DNA from: Octopus sinensis
Lineage: Eukaryota
Reading direction: 5' to 3'
Assembly (NCBI RefSeq): GCF_006345805.1
Contig: NC_042997.1
Coordinates: forward strand, 137,702,001 to 137,766,000
DNA: 64,000 bases
In this document: positions 1 to 12,535 of the stretch, one piece after another
Layout: every line of letters begins with the position of its first letter
Position numbering within the stretch: position 1 is the first letter of the stretch
Notes under the pieces: generated by a model
What the model was told of the DNA's origin: nothing
The model's input: the letters and a program-made list of their open reading frames with translations, nothing else
Databases searched by the model: none
Translations under genes and position numbers: made by a program

Positions 1-112
1 ATTAATTAATACAATATACAAAATATATAAAATATAAAATTCAAAATTTAAATTATTTAAATTTAAAGTTAAGATTAAAAATTTTTTTTTAATTATTAAT
101 TTATACTTATAA

Positions 113-163
<51 letters not shown>

Positions 164-402
164 ATTATTTTTATTTTTTATTTATTTAATTATTTTAATT
201 AAATTTTAAAAAAAAGTTAGATATATATAACTATCAAAAAATATTAAAAAATTTAATATAAGATAAAAAGTATAAGATAAAAATATGTCTATCTAATTAT
301 CTATCTATCTATCTATCTCTATATATACACAAACACACACACACTCACACATATATATAAATAAATGTATTTATATATATAAATATATATATATATATAT
401 TT

Positions 403-582
403 AGGTGTAGGAGTGGCTGTGTGGTACATAGCTTACTTATGAACCACATGGTTCCATGTTCAGTCCCACTGCGTGGCACCTTGGTCAAGTGCCTTCTACT
501 ATAACCTCGGGCCAACCAAAGCTTTGTGAGTGGATTTGGTAGACAGAAATTGAAAGAAGCCCATTATATATATGTATGTATA

Positions 583-659
<77 letters not shown>

Positions 660-890
660 CTGTGTGTATATATATATATATGCACACACACGTACACATG
701 TAAATATACATATATAAGAATATATTTATATAGGAGTGGGTGGGTGGTAAGTAGCTTGCTTACGGACCCCATGATTCTGGGTTCAGTCTCACTGCATGGC
801 ACCTTGGGCAAGTGTCCTCTACTATAGTCTCAGGCCTACCAAACCCTTGTAAGTGGATTTGGCAGACGGAAACTGAAAGAACCTGTTGTA
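403..890 (+). mobile_element. Two tandem heads of tRNA-derived SINE family A separated by a TA/TG microsatellite
   Basis: aggagtggctgtgtggta(A box)...ggttcagtcccact(B box)...gggcaagtg.cttctactatag...gtggatttggtagac at about 403-563 and 731-890. Other heads at about 21880, 26950, 38903, 42970, 44250 and 50757. Confidence 0.85.
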
Positions 891-898
891 TATATAAG

Positions 899-961
<63 letters not shown>

Positions 962-1650
962 CATCATTTAATGTCTTTTTACCTTATTGTCATGGGCTGA
1001 ATGGTTTGACAAGAGCATATGAGCCAGAGGGCCCTGCTAGGTTCTATGTCTTCTTTGGCATGGTTTCTATAGCTAAACATCTTCCTAACATCCACTCAGA
1101 ATGTACTGGGTGCTTTTTACATGGCACCAGCACCTGTGAGGTAGCCAAGTGTCCACAAGATGTGATCCCCACAGCTGAGCAGAATATAGACTGGAGGAAT
1201 AAGAAACTATGATAGGAGAGAAGCAGGTGTCTTGCTGAAGAGGTGAATACATGGCTTGCCCATTTAGAAAGTGAGAGAGAGAAAGAGAAAAAGAGATGTG
1301 AGGTCTTGATACAATGTTAATATGGAACAGAATAGGATAGAAGATTAGAAAAGTTAGATGTATACTTATGTGCATTGAGTGAAAGCTGTGTACAGATGAT
1401 TAGAGATAGGGAATGAGTTGGATGCAGTACCAGGGGAAAGTGAAGAAAAAAACAATTGCATGACTTGGTGGTTAGGGTATTCTACTCACAATCTTAACTT
1501 TCTTGTGCATGAAGAAAATATATATTTTTATCATGTCAATTCCCACCCTTGTTTTATCTATCTCTCCTTTGTCACACTCTTACAATTTTTAACCCCACAT
1601 CTCATCCATCCACTGCCCTCTCATCTGCTGTGTTATTCTTCCACTGTAAA

Positions 1651-1949
1651 AAATAGGGTAAAGACCCCCTTCAATCATGAATGACCATGGAATGCACCTA
1701 GAAAGTTCCCCTCCAAGGCACAAATCTGGGCAAGGTTGTTTATGGAAGATCAGTTGTCGCCTATGCATACCAGTCTCTTCTCTCCATGCTACTGATGTTA
1801 TCCAAGGGAAAGGCAAAGGCCAATACAGCTTGGTACCAGCAATGTCACTACTTATTTCTACAGCTGAGTGAACTGAAGCAATGCAAAATAAAGTATCTTG
1901 CTCATGAACACAATTCAGGGCCTCAAACCATTAAGCCATGCACTTTCAC
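1651..1949 (-). mobile_element. SINE related to family E (head-truncated)
   Basis: Perfect 17-bp TSD TATTCTTCCACTGTAAA at 1634-1650 and 1950-1966; shares the cagctgagtgaactg central motif with 32616-32869. Confidence 0.75.
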
Positions 1950-3121
1950 TATTCTTCCACTGTAAATAATCAAATAAGAATCTGTTATTATAAACTGTAT
2001 CATATCACTATTTTTGCTTTACCAGACATCACTCCCTCTGCTCTGAGCTCTCAACATTGGTCCATCATTTTTATCATCCCTTCACTTATGTTTACCATCG
2101 ATTACCCCCACCACTCCTGTTTGCTATTCCCTACATTTACTTCCTATATATATCTGACCACCTCTACTCTATCTTTATATCCAGCTTTCACTCTTGCCTC
2201 ATACTCTTGTAATTTTACCCACACCTGTTGATTCTCTTGTTTCTATGTGCTCTTCTATTTAACTTTCTTGTACATGAAGAAAATATATGTGAGTGTGTGC
2301 ATGTATGGGAGAATTTGTTTTTGAAAATGCACCTGAATTTGAAAAACTTGTAATTGTTTTTAAATAAATTTATTTACATACATACCAAACTAGTTTCAAC
2401 AATTTTTTGTTTGTCAATGGTATAAACATATATAAAAAATAGGATTTAAAAAAATTTAAATTGTGAAGTAGAAAACATGTTTAAATGATTAAATGTTCAC
2501 ACAAGTTCAATGACAGGGGTAGATAATATAAAAAATGATCAGCGAAGATTATAAAAAATATGGATTACTAAAAGTTCAATCATACTGAGTTATTATAGAA
2601 TACATGGACAAGAGACAGAAATAAGAAAAGAAGAGAGTAAAAAAAGGGTTTCTTTTACAGTTTCTGACATCTTGCATGCGATTCTTTTTTCCATCATATA
2701 CAGAGCTTTTTAGTTTTAACAGAGTGTTTTGGAATCAGTGTATATATATGTTTTTCCGTAGATGGATCTAATTTTTGATTCATTAAAATTCTGATGACAT
2801 CTTATTCTTTTTAGTAGTCAAGTTTGGCATTCTGCTTGGCTGACTTCCCTGTAATTGGTTGATTCTCTTAAGGGGTCGGTTTGTTTTTTTCCTGAGGGTC
2901 TGGTTCTGATCGGAAGTAAAAGTTCATTGGTCTAGAGGTAGATGACATTAGCAACTGGTGTTTGAGAAGGTGTATGGTGTTATTGTATAGTGATTTGGAG
3001 TTGCAGTTTCAAAACCCAGGTGGAAAGCTGTTACTAAAGTTTTTGAATTATGTCTGTTGTATCTGGTTGTTTCTTTGTGGAGAAATTGAGTTTTTCTTCT
3101 TTCTAGTGTTTTTTCTTCTGT

Positions 3122-4830
3122 CTAAAGGATATTTAGTTGTAGTTTATATTTTTTAATGAGTATGCTTTCCTTATTCAATCAGAATTGGCTTGAAGTGTTT
3201 CTGGTGCACTGATTTGGTATTTTGGATTTATGTTTGTGGGGCATTGATCAGGAAGATTTGGTATTTTGGGTTTATGTTTGTGGAGCATTGGTCTAGATGT
3301 TTGCTTACAGGAATTTTCCTGGTCATGGAGTACCGGATTTGTTGTCTGTGTACCCTCAGTCTATCCTTCAAGGTCAAACTAGCTTCACCTATGTAATTTC
3401 CATCACATCCACCACTTTTAAGGACATAGATTAAATTCTTTGCTGCATAGTTGAAGTGATTTTTTTATGGTGAAAGTTTGACCTGACTTAAATTTATATG
3501 TCGAGCCATCTAAGAGGTAGATGCAAGTCCCACAGTTAGGGCGGTTGCATTTTTTGAATAGTGGGGTTGTAATTTTAGTAGATAATTTGACACTGGTGAG
3601 TAACCTTTTTAGGGATTGCAGTCGTCTCTTGCTTTTAATAATCTTAAGTGTTTCCAGTGCTTTTTTCACTCAAAGGTTGTTCATAAGGTGGGGTATATTT
3701 TGGTGGATGATGGTGTATGCTTCCATGTTTCTTGGATTGTTTGTTGATACGTAAGACAAGGTTTTAAGTGTGTTATGGGGTTTTCTTGTTTTCCGTAATT
3801 CTTGAATGTCTATCGTTTTTGCATGTTCAGTTCCGTTTTTGATTAAACTAGCTGGGTATTTTCTTTCTGTTAATGTATTTTTAAGTTCTTGGAGTTGTTT
3901 ATTTTGGGTTTTGAGATTTGATGCAATTGTGCAAATTCTTCTTGCCAAGTTGAACGATATATTGATTTTAGTATGTTTTGGGTAGCAGAAAGAGAATAGA
4001 AGATATTGTTTTGAGTCCGTTGATTTGAAGTAGATGTCAGTGTCAATTTCAGTATCTCTTTTCATGATTAAGATGTCCATGAAGGGGAGCTGTTTGTGAT
4101 TGTATTCCATTGTAAATTGAATACTGTGGTTAATGCTGTTAATAAGTTTTTAAATTCTAAGAGTTGCTCATTTTTGGAAGTTGTCTCCAAATTTCAGTAT
4201 AGTGTATATTTGGACTTTCAAGTATGCCTTGACAAGATTAGCAAATGTAGGAGCTACCCTCATTCCCATCACCGTGCTCGATTTTGTTTGTAGGTGTTCT
4301 CATTGGAGTTGAAGAAGTTGTTCTGTAGAATGAATTTTATTCCTTCAATAATGAATCCTTTTCCAATTTGGTCAGGAATGTCATTTGAGAATTTTTCAAG
4401 CCAGAATTGTATGGCTTCTATTCTGTATTTGTGAAGAATCAAAGCATAGAGGTTTATTACATCAAATGAAACCAGAAGGGAGTCCTTGCTGATTTTATTC
4501 AGGAGATGGTTTTATAAAGTCCAGATCATCCCAATAAAGTTACTGAGTCTGTGTGTCTCACACGAGGAAACAGCTACAATTGGTTTCATTTTGAGATCTC
4601 TTGGATGTGGAATATTTATGACTAAAGAAGTTGATTTGCTCCAGTCTTTGTTTATGGCTTGGAAGTCCATAACAGTTTCTGGTTTTGCAGTCAAATCTAG
4701 TTAAGTAATCTCTCTCCTTTTCTGTTAAATCTTGTTCAAACTGATGGATAAGGGTAGTAAGCTTTGACATTATCTTGGATTGACTGTAGTTGTTGATTTT
4801 TTCATTAAAAGTGTGTTCATGGGTTAAATT
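3122..4830 (-). mobile_element. Decayed Penelope-like retroelement (RT + GIY-YIG endonuclease), 5'-truncated
   Basis: Minus-strand remnants include LKMKPIVAVSSCET, LLVSFDVINLY, MGMRVAPTFANL, TDIYFKSTDSKQYL..CYPKHTKINISFNLARRIC, KCNRPNCGTC and LKDRLRVHRQQIR...VSKHLDQC. Many stops and frameshifts; the region expected to hold the catalytic DD motif appears deleted. Confidence 0.88.
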
Positions 4831-5049
4831 CAGTAAGCAGATACTTTAAAACTTCAACACCTGTGAATACCTAAAAACCACTTGCTAAGTGATTTCTTAC
4901 CAAACCTAAACTGAATAAATAACAAGGCAACACACACACATTAATGTTTGCATTTATATTTAGTTATAATTAAAACAATTTTATATAATCAGAGGGGTTA
5001 CTCTATACTTTTATAAAGTACAACTTTATTCTTCAACAAGAATATTGTA

Positions 5050-5096
5050 GACAATGACTTTGAAGTTTCAACCAGTTAAGCCATCATCAGACTGTG
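5050..5096 (-). ncRNA. Minimal type-I hammerhead ribozyme motif, family 1
   Basis: Minus strand reads CACAGT-CUGAUGA-U-GGCUUAACUGGUU-GAAA-CUUCAAAG-UC/-AUUGU. Conserved core, short stems II and III, GUC cleavage triplet and helix I. Confidence 0.65.
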
Positions 5097-5559
5097 ATGC
5101 ATTAATCTTGGTTTTATATAGTCTCAATGACAACAAGTAAAGAAACTGACCAACTAAAACATCACGTCTTTACATTCTTTTGTGAACCCCTAAAAAATTC
5201 CATTACCAAAATGTTTATACACCCAGTTATTAACGATTTAAATACTGGTCTTTGTACCTTTGACCATTACATTGTCAAAACCAAGAATTAAATCAATCCA
5301 ATAAAACCAAAAATAACTAAACAACTAATACATTTTGCGCCCACCAAATAAAGGGAAACATCTAAACATACACTGCTTACAATGCTCTACATACATTAAT
5401 AAATTATAAACAATACTATCACCCTAAGTTAAATCAATAAAAATTTCTCCATAACAATCCACCCTTAAAGCCAAATTACCATCTCACTCAAACCCACATG
5501 CACAAGGAAGATTTTAACGTGACAGAGACTATATAAAATCAAGATTAATTTTAATGCAT

Positions 5560-5606
5560 TGTAGTCTGATGATGGCTTAACTGGCCAAAACTTCAAAGTC
5601 ACTGTG
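5560..5606 (+). ncRNA. Second (inverted) copy of hammerhead family 1, core mutated
   Basis: Reads gtagt-CTGATGA-T-GGCttaactgGCC-AAAA-cttcaaag-TC-actgtg. G12 is changed to A (CpG-type), so this copy is probably inactive. Confidence 0.55.
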
Positions 5607-6769
5607 TAAAATATTCTTATATATATGTATTTATTAAGAAGCTTGCTTCCTAACCATATGATCATGGGTTTCTTGTTTCCTATCTTTGGTGTAAAACATT
5701 TTGGAAACCTTGCTTGGGAACAGGTAAGAGTTGGCAACAAGTGAGATATTCAGACATAAAAAAAAACTGTTTCAACAAATTTTGTATGACCCATGCAGAC
5801 ATGGAAAATGAAATGTTAAATTATATATATGTATGTGTGTACATAATATTTTTCTAAGTCATCTCATATTCTTTCCTTACAAATTTAGCAATAAAATAAA
5901 ATAAACTTTTGCATACACATACAGAACATGCATTCATACATGTGTTAATATATACATTTAATAGTATATTCGTGGAATTATGCATGTACATACTTGCACA
6001 CATGCACACACACAAATTTTGAAGACTAAGTTGTTTGCACTGTTCCCCCCACCACCCTGTTTCCTTCCAAAACAATATAGCATACCATTAATTTTCTCTT
6101 ACCCAGAACCTTCATTTCAAAATGTAACTTATATGGTTGACATCCCTGAAAAAAGTTCACAGCTCTGACCAGCCACTAGATGAAACTCAAATAAGCCGTC
6201 ACATTTGATATAATGAGCATATCTCACCACTCTTCTCCATCTATCCTTGATATCACCAGACTATATATTGGCATTTATACTCAGGTACCAACAGTTCATA
6301 CTATATAATTAACCTCTGTATGTTAGCATGTACAATATGGTCCTTCTATAGGCAGAGCCATGATATATTTGGAACAGTAGATCTGTTAGTCTCAAATATT
6401 TGTTCAGCTGAATGATTATCTATGTCATAGGTCTGCTCAGTCACAACACTACACAAGAACAAAACAACATAAATTAGATAACTCATAAAGGAACATCACA
6501 CTGTACCTTGAGTCAAACAATTGTATCTATTTCTCAATGACATTAACCATGTTATCTTTAGAGAAGCAAACTATCAGTTTTAATAGCAAGAGCAGAATAA
6601 ATGAATAATAAATAAAGGTGGAGAGAATAACTACAGCATTGTTGCAATATTTTATGTCATGCAATTCAAAAGATGTTATAAATGTTCATTACAGTTTAAT
6701 GTGATGCAAATGATGATGGTGAGGTAAATGCCATTATCTCCATGGAAAATATCATCACCATCATCCACA

Positions 6770-6956
6770 TTCTTCTTCTTCTTCTTCTTCTTCTTCTTCT
6801 TCTTCTTCTTCTTCTTCTTCTTCTTCTTCTTCTTCTTCTTCTTCTTCTTCTTCTTCTTCTTCTTCTTCTTCTTCTTCTTCTTCTTCTTCTTCTTCTTCTT
6901 CTTCTTCTTCTTCTTCTTCTTCTTCTTCCTCCTTCTTCTTCCTCCTTCTTCTTCTT
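6770..6956. repeat. (TTC)n microsatellite, about 62 units
   Basis: Read directly; it produces the poly-K/R/E/F/L ORFs in the track. Confidence 0.98.
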
Positions 6957-7484
6957 GAGTGAGAGAGCAGTGCATGCCATTCAAGTGACATTGGAGTACA
7001 AATATACGAAGCCCAGTATACCCATCACGACTACCTGTCTGATAAGAGTACACCAGACACATGCATCACAACCATATGTGTGCAACATGGTGATCTCATA
7101 TCAAGATAAACAGTGCATGACCTTGCATGTGGGATCCAGTTAGAATTTTCTTCAGGTCAAGTAACCCATCCCACTCAAAAAGTCCCTAAATAAGGTTTGT
7201 TTCCAGAGGTGAATTATCCAAACCCCAAAGAATTCCTCTCAACACATGGCTTTGATGTTCCTCCACTACTTCTGCTTGTGATCAGAGATGTACATATCAT
7301 CAGCCACTAAGGGATATTCTCAAATGGTTAGGGTCAAACAACTGACAAGTGAATCTGTGGTATTGGGCTGAGTGTTTCCTGTAGCCCTTCTTTTATACCA
7401 AGACAAAACAATGTACATGATAACACCTACAATCAGTTAAGATGAGAAGCCATGAAAGCCACTACCTGGTACTGCATCAGGGCA
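6957..7484 (-). mobile_element. Non-coding interspersed retroposon-like segment between trinucleotide arrays
   Basis: Higher-GC non-coding segment of about 530 bp bounded by (CTT)n and (ATT)n. Only one copy is in the window, so the classification is inference. Confidence 0.4.
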
Positions 7485-7569
7485 TTATTATTATTATCCA
7501 CAACAACCTCCACCTTATGTGATACATTATAGAGAGGGCTGGGGTCAAAGCTGGTTTCGGGGGTGCTCT

Positions 7570-7790
7570 GATCAGTGTGGGTCAATCGAAAGCATTTGAT
7601 AGGTTGACCATTGCTACTTGGAAACCATCCTGAGAGGTAATTTCAAACCCGTTTTCTGAGGCTGGATCGCTGTAATGCTTAGCAGCATCTGTTCAGTGGT
7701 CAAAGTAAATGGCTACTTATCAGAGCCATTTGGCATTGCACACTCAGTCCATCAGGGCTGTCCGCTGTTGCCTCTTCTGTAAGAAACAGG
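7570..7790 (+). mobile_element. L1/Tx1-clade LINE reverse transcriptase fragment
   Basis: Decayed QSKAFDR(V)DHCYL and VKVNGYLSEPFGIAHSVHQGCPLLPLL, matching RT domains 3 and 4 (DxxKAFD; SVRQGCPLSP). Confidence 0.75.
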
Positions 7791-8450
7791 CTGAGAAGAA
7801 GCTGTCTTCGTTATCATTTATCGTCTCTGTTATCATTTATTGCCTGATTGTCATTCCTTGTCCCAGTTACTGCTTAAAGCAGATTGGAGTGTCTCTTATT
7901 CAAATTCTTGTGGAAATGATGCATTCCAATGGTCGGGTGGTCAGTTTGTTGCCTGTATCCTCTGAGTGGTGGATTAGGTATGCGGTGGCTCCTAATGAGC
8001 AGACATGCTCTTAGGTTACACCACCTGCAATGATTTCTAGACAGTGAGCATGTGTGGGCTCTGTTTATGAGGCTCGTCTTTCCACATCTTGTCTCCTTGA
8101 TGGAGCTGCAGTCCTGGGTGAAGAAAAGACAAGAAAAGACACCTGGAACCTAGAATGTTATCAGACATTCACAACCCTCTACCAGTCAGGCAATGGGATC
8201 GGTGGATGTTCCACTTTAGAAATCTAAAGATTAGTGGCAGATTAGGGCCACATCTCTATTATCCTCCTTGCCACTTTTTTTTAACCTTTGTATGCTATGC
8301 GTATGTGCCTTCTTTTTCAGTGTATACTGTGTATACTTAATTTCTTTCTTTCCTTTCTTTTCTTTTGTTATTTCATTATATGTAAACCCTCACACTTTAT
8401 GTCTGTCTTTGTATTGTCTCCCTCATCCTTCACCCTTGTGGCAAATTAAA

Positions 8451-8525
<75 letters not shown>

Positions 8526-8526
<1 letters not shown>

Positions 8527-9662
8527 CATCACCACCATTATTTACTTTTAATCTGCATGTTTGTTACAATCACTCGCTGACACACACCCAGCATCCTAGG
8601 GTGAGTGAAGGATAAGAGATGTTACAGTATGACTGACAGCTTGAAGAGGGCAAGTGGCAGGGGCAGTAGCAAAATATCTCCATCTAATATGACACATACA
8701 TTTAAATTGATAGGTATTTTCTAATGATGTGGGCAGTACTTGTCAGCACAATCTTTTGGATTTCTCTGAGACATGGTTCTTCTGGGACATTATCTAGGAG
8801 TTTCTGACATCCCTTTCTTATCATATCAAGGGCAACCACAATAACTGGAACAGTTCTCACTTTAAGATGTCACATCTTTTGTATTTCAATTTCCAGGTTC
8901 TTATATTTATTTAATTTGTCAAATCCCTTTATAGATAAATTTTTATCAGTGGGAACACTTACATCTATTAGTCTACAAGTATTTTCTTCCCTGTCTTTAA
9001 TGACTATGTCTGGTCAATTATCCTGCATCATTCTATCTGTGTTACCTGGAAATTCCCAGAGGATATTGACATTTTTACCTTCAATGACTGGCTCAGGATG
9101 ATGTTCATACCAGTAAGCAAAAGTGCTGATTGTGTAGTATTTACATATTTTCCAATGTAAATACTGTCCTACTCTATTGTGACAATTTTTGTATTCATTT
9201 GACGTCAGCACAAGACATCCTGAGACAAGATGGACTATTGTTTCATCAAACTTATCACAGAATCTGCATTTAGAACCATTTTGAAGAGCATTAGATTGGT
9301 AGTTTTTGGTAAGCAAGCTTTGATCTTGTGCCGCCAATATGAAACCTTCAGTCTCTGCTTTCAGTCCTGAGCTTCTCAGCCACTGGTGGGTTGTTGTTTG
9401 GTCTACATCAGCATTTCAGCTTTGAAGTATATACTGTACATGCAGAGGCTTCTGGCTCCACCACTCCTCAATTTGTTTCTGCCCATTCTTTTTTGCTGTC
9501 TGTTTGATCCATTTTGCTTTTTTTGTGGCAGTGTTTTCAGGTTCTTCATCAAATTCAGGGTTAATGCCAAGTCCCCTTGCAAATTTGCAAGCTTCATTGA
9601 CAGCAGAATGTGCTTTTTTTCTGCTTTCATATTTGCACACAAGCTGCAGCATCCAGTCTTTT
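8526..9662 (-). mobile_element. R4/Dong-clade non-LTR retrotransposon, 3' fragment (CCHC finger + restriction-like endonuclease + 3'UTR)
   Basis: Reads WLRSSGLKAETEGFILAAQDQ, CRFC..ETIVHLVSGC and PDIVIKD..LIDVS; ORF stop at 8702-8704. Flanked by (TAT)n at 8452-8525 and (TAT/TGT)n at 9663-9700. Confidence 0.88.
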
Positions 9663-10104
9663 GTATTATTATTATTATTGTTGTTGTTGTTGTTGTTGTT
9701 AAGGTGGTGAGCTGGCAGAATTGTTAGCATGCTGGGTGAAATGCTTAGTGTAATATATCTGTAAAGGACCTGGAAATTGAAACACAAAAGATGTGACATC
9801 TTAAAGTGAGAACTATTCCTGTTATTGTAGGTGCCCTTGATATAAGAAAATGATGTCAGAAACTCCTAGATAATATCCCAGAAGAACCATGTCTCAGAGA
9901 AATCCAAAAGATTGTGCTGACAAGTCTTCACATTCTGGGTTCAAATTTCGCCAAGGTTGACTTTGCCTTTCATCCTTTTGGAGTTGCTAAATTAAGTACC
10001 AGTGAAACACTGGGGTTGATTGATGTAATCAACTAGTCCTCTCCCCCAAAATTTCAGGCCTTTTGCCTTTAGTAGAAAGGACTATTATTATTATTATTAT
10101 TATT

Positions 10105-12266
10105 CAGTAGTTTTATTTTTATAGCGTGCTTTCACTTCACTACCGAGCGCAGCTCTGTGTGCCTTGGGTATGTGCTGTGATTTGTTGTGATGCTCTGATG
10201 GTTATTGTATGGAAAGTGTTCTGCGTAGGATGTGTGCAGTGCCTAGTAGTGCAATTTTCTGTATGTTATATGTGTTTGTAAGTCCTGGTGTTTTCGTTAT
10301 GTATTTGTCTGAATATTTTTTTATCATGCCTAATGCACCTACTATGATAGGAATTGTTTCTGTTTTCAGATTCCACATTCTAGTTACCTCTATTTCCAGG
10401 TCTTTGTATTTTGAGAGTTTCTCCATTTCTTTTAGAGACACGTTGTCATCTGCCGGTATTGATACATCAATTAGAAAGCATTTTTTTTCTTCATGATCTC
10501 TGACAACTATATCTGGTCTGTTGGCCTTAATTTCTCTATCTGTGTGTATCGGCATATCCCAGAGTATGGTTGCTTTCTCGTTTTCTGTGACCTTTTCTGG
10601 TGTGTGCCTATACCATCTTTTTTCTGTTGTTATTCCATAATGTTGGCATAGCTTCCAATGTATGTAGGTTCCAAATCTGTCATGTCTGTGAATATATTCC
10701 TTCTTAGCCAGGACTGGGCAGCTAGAGATAATATGATTTATTGTTTCTTGTCCATCTCCACATATTTTGCAGTTACTTGTAATATTTCTTTTCATTACAT
10801 GTTTTTGGTAATTTCTGGTGGGGAGGCTTTGGTCTTGTGCTGCAATTAAAAATCCCTCTGTTTCTGCTTTGAGTCCTGAGCTTCTCAACCATTGCTGGGA
10901 TTTTTCTTTGTCTATTTCTTTTGCGTTTAGTTTAGTCCAGTATTTACCATGAAGGGGCTTTTCTTGCCATCATTTTATCATGGTTCGTTGCTGTTCTATT
11001 TTTAGTTTGGATTTCATTTGTTTTATAGCTTTTGTTGTTTCTTCATCTTCTTCTTCTTCATGTTTATTAGGTGGTATGATTTCTTGTTTGTATTTGTCAG
11101 CTTCCTTAAATACTGAGAACAGTTTTTTGTTTTGCTCGTGTTTTGCTGCTATCTGGATCAGTTTTCCTTCCTTCTGAAGTAGATATTTTTGCAGTCCTAT
11201 GGTGGTTATTTTATAGTAGTTTTCCAGCTGTATAAGGCCTCTACCACCTTCTATACGTTGTATATATAGTCTTTCTATGTCAGATTTTGGGTGATGCATC
11301 CTAGATCCTGTCATTATTTTTCTTGTTTTCCTATCTATTTTGGTCAGTTCATTTCGTGTCCAGTTAAGGATATTGTAGCTGTAACTTATAACTGGGACAG
11401 CTAAAGTGTTGATACCTATTATCTTGTTTTTAGCATTGAGCTCTGTTTTTAGTATTGATCTAACTCGTCTATAATATTCTTTTTTTTATTTTCTCTTTCA
11501 TTTGTGTGTGTGTTGTGTCTTATCTAGTTCATGGATTCCTAAGTATTTGTAAGTTTGGCTTTGGTCTAATTCTTTTATTTCATTGGTTTTATCTAGTGTG
11601 ATGTTGTTACTCTTAACTAGTTTTCCTCTTTTCATGGTTACTTTGGCGCATTTTTCTAATCCAAATTTCATATCTATTTCTTTAGTAAATCCATGAACTG
11701 TCTTTAATAGTGTTTCCAACTGTTTGTCATTTGCAGCGTATAGTTTTAGGTCATCCATATATAAAAGGTGGCTGATCGTTTTGCCGTAACATTTATATCC
11801 GCATCCAGTTCTATTTAGTATATCAGATAGAGGTGACAGTGCCAAGCAGAAAAGGAGTGGAGAGAGCGTGTATCCCTAGAATATTCCTCTTCTAATGGGG
11901 ATGTCTTTGGTTTTCATGAGTCCCTCTTTTGTTTGGAGGTGTAGGACTGTTTGCCATTTATTCATAGAGTGCTCTATGAATTTTATGATTGTTGGTGCTA
12001 CTTTGTTAATGGCTAGTGTTTCGAGGATCCATGTGTGGGGGATGCTATCAAACGCCTTTTTGTAGTCAATCCAGGCCATACTGAGGCCTTTCTTCTTTCT
12101 GTGGCTGTCTTCAGTTATGGCTTTATTAATCATTAGTTGATCTTTACAGCCATGTGAGCCTTTGCGGCATCCTTTCTGCTCTTCTGGGAACAGTTTGTTT
12201 TCGTCCAGGTGCTTGTTCAGCCTTTGCGATATCACTGCAGTAAATGCCTTGAACATTTGAAATGCC
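10105..12266 (-). mobile_element. R4/Dong-clade non-LTR retrotransposon, 5'-truncated, young (RT + CCHC + RLE)
   Basis: Reads EQKGCRKG, WIDYKKAFDSIPH, RGIF*G.TLSPLLF, HLLYMDDLKLY, YKYLG, CKIC..ETINHIISSC and NRPDIVVRD..LIDVSIP. Stop at 10202-10204; (TTA)n on both flanks. Confidence 0.95.
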
Positions 12267-12319
<53 letters not shown>

Positions 12320-12535
12320 TAAGGTGGTGAGTCAGCAGAATTGTTACCACATTGGGCAAAATGATTAACAGCATTTCTTCTTGCTTTATGATCTGAGTTC
12401 AAATGTCAATAAGGTTGACATTGCCTTTCATCCTTTCAGGGTCAATAAAATGAGTACCAGTTGAGTTCTGGGGTTGATGTAATTGATTTACCCATTGCTC
12501 CCCCCACCCAATCAGGTCTAGTGCCTATAGTAGGT
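12320..12535 (+). mobile_element. tRNA-derived SINE family B with (ATT)n-type tail
   Basis: aaggtggtgag.tggcagaat.gtta...ctgagttcaaat...gcctttcatcctt..gggtc.ataaa...agtaccag. Other copies at about 9701-10104 (interrupted), 18316-18540, 24488-24668, 30811-31020 and 37143-37330. Confidence 0.85.

Noticed and set aside
403-480. tRNA genes at SINE heads (also about 9701, 19350 and 32800)
   Set aside because: A/B boxes are present but there is no complete cloverleaf, and each continues into a SINE body.
485-827. YI/CV/HT-repeat ORFs here and at about 19.0-19.4, 27.9, 40.6, 42.3-43.2 and 54.2 kb
   Set aside because: They are TA/CA/TACA microsatellites plus SINE sequence, with no coding signal.
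2788-2830. CTGATGA in the Penelope 3' region (also at 23101, 25706, 28403, 47705 and 50423)
   Set aside because: No downstream stem II-GAAA-stem III-UH arrangement.
6676-7143. Poly-K/R/E/F/L ORFs
   Set aside because: They are translations of the (TTC)n microsatellite in six frames.
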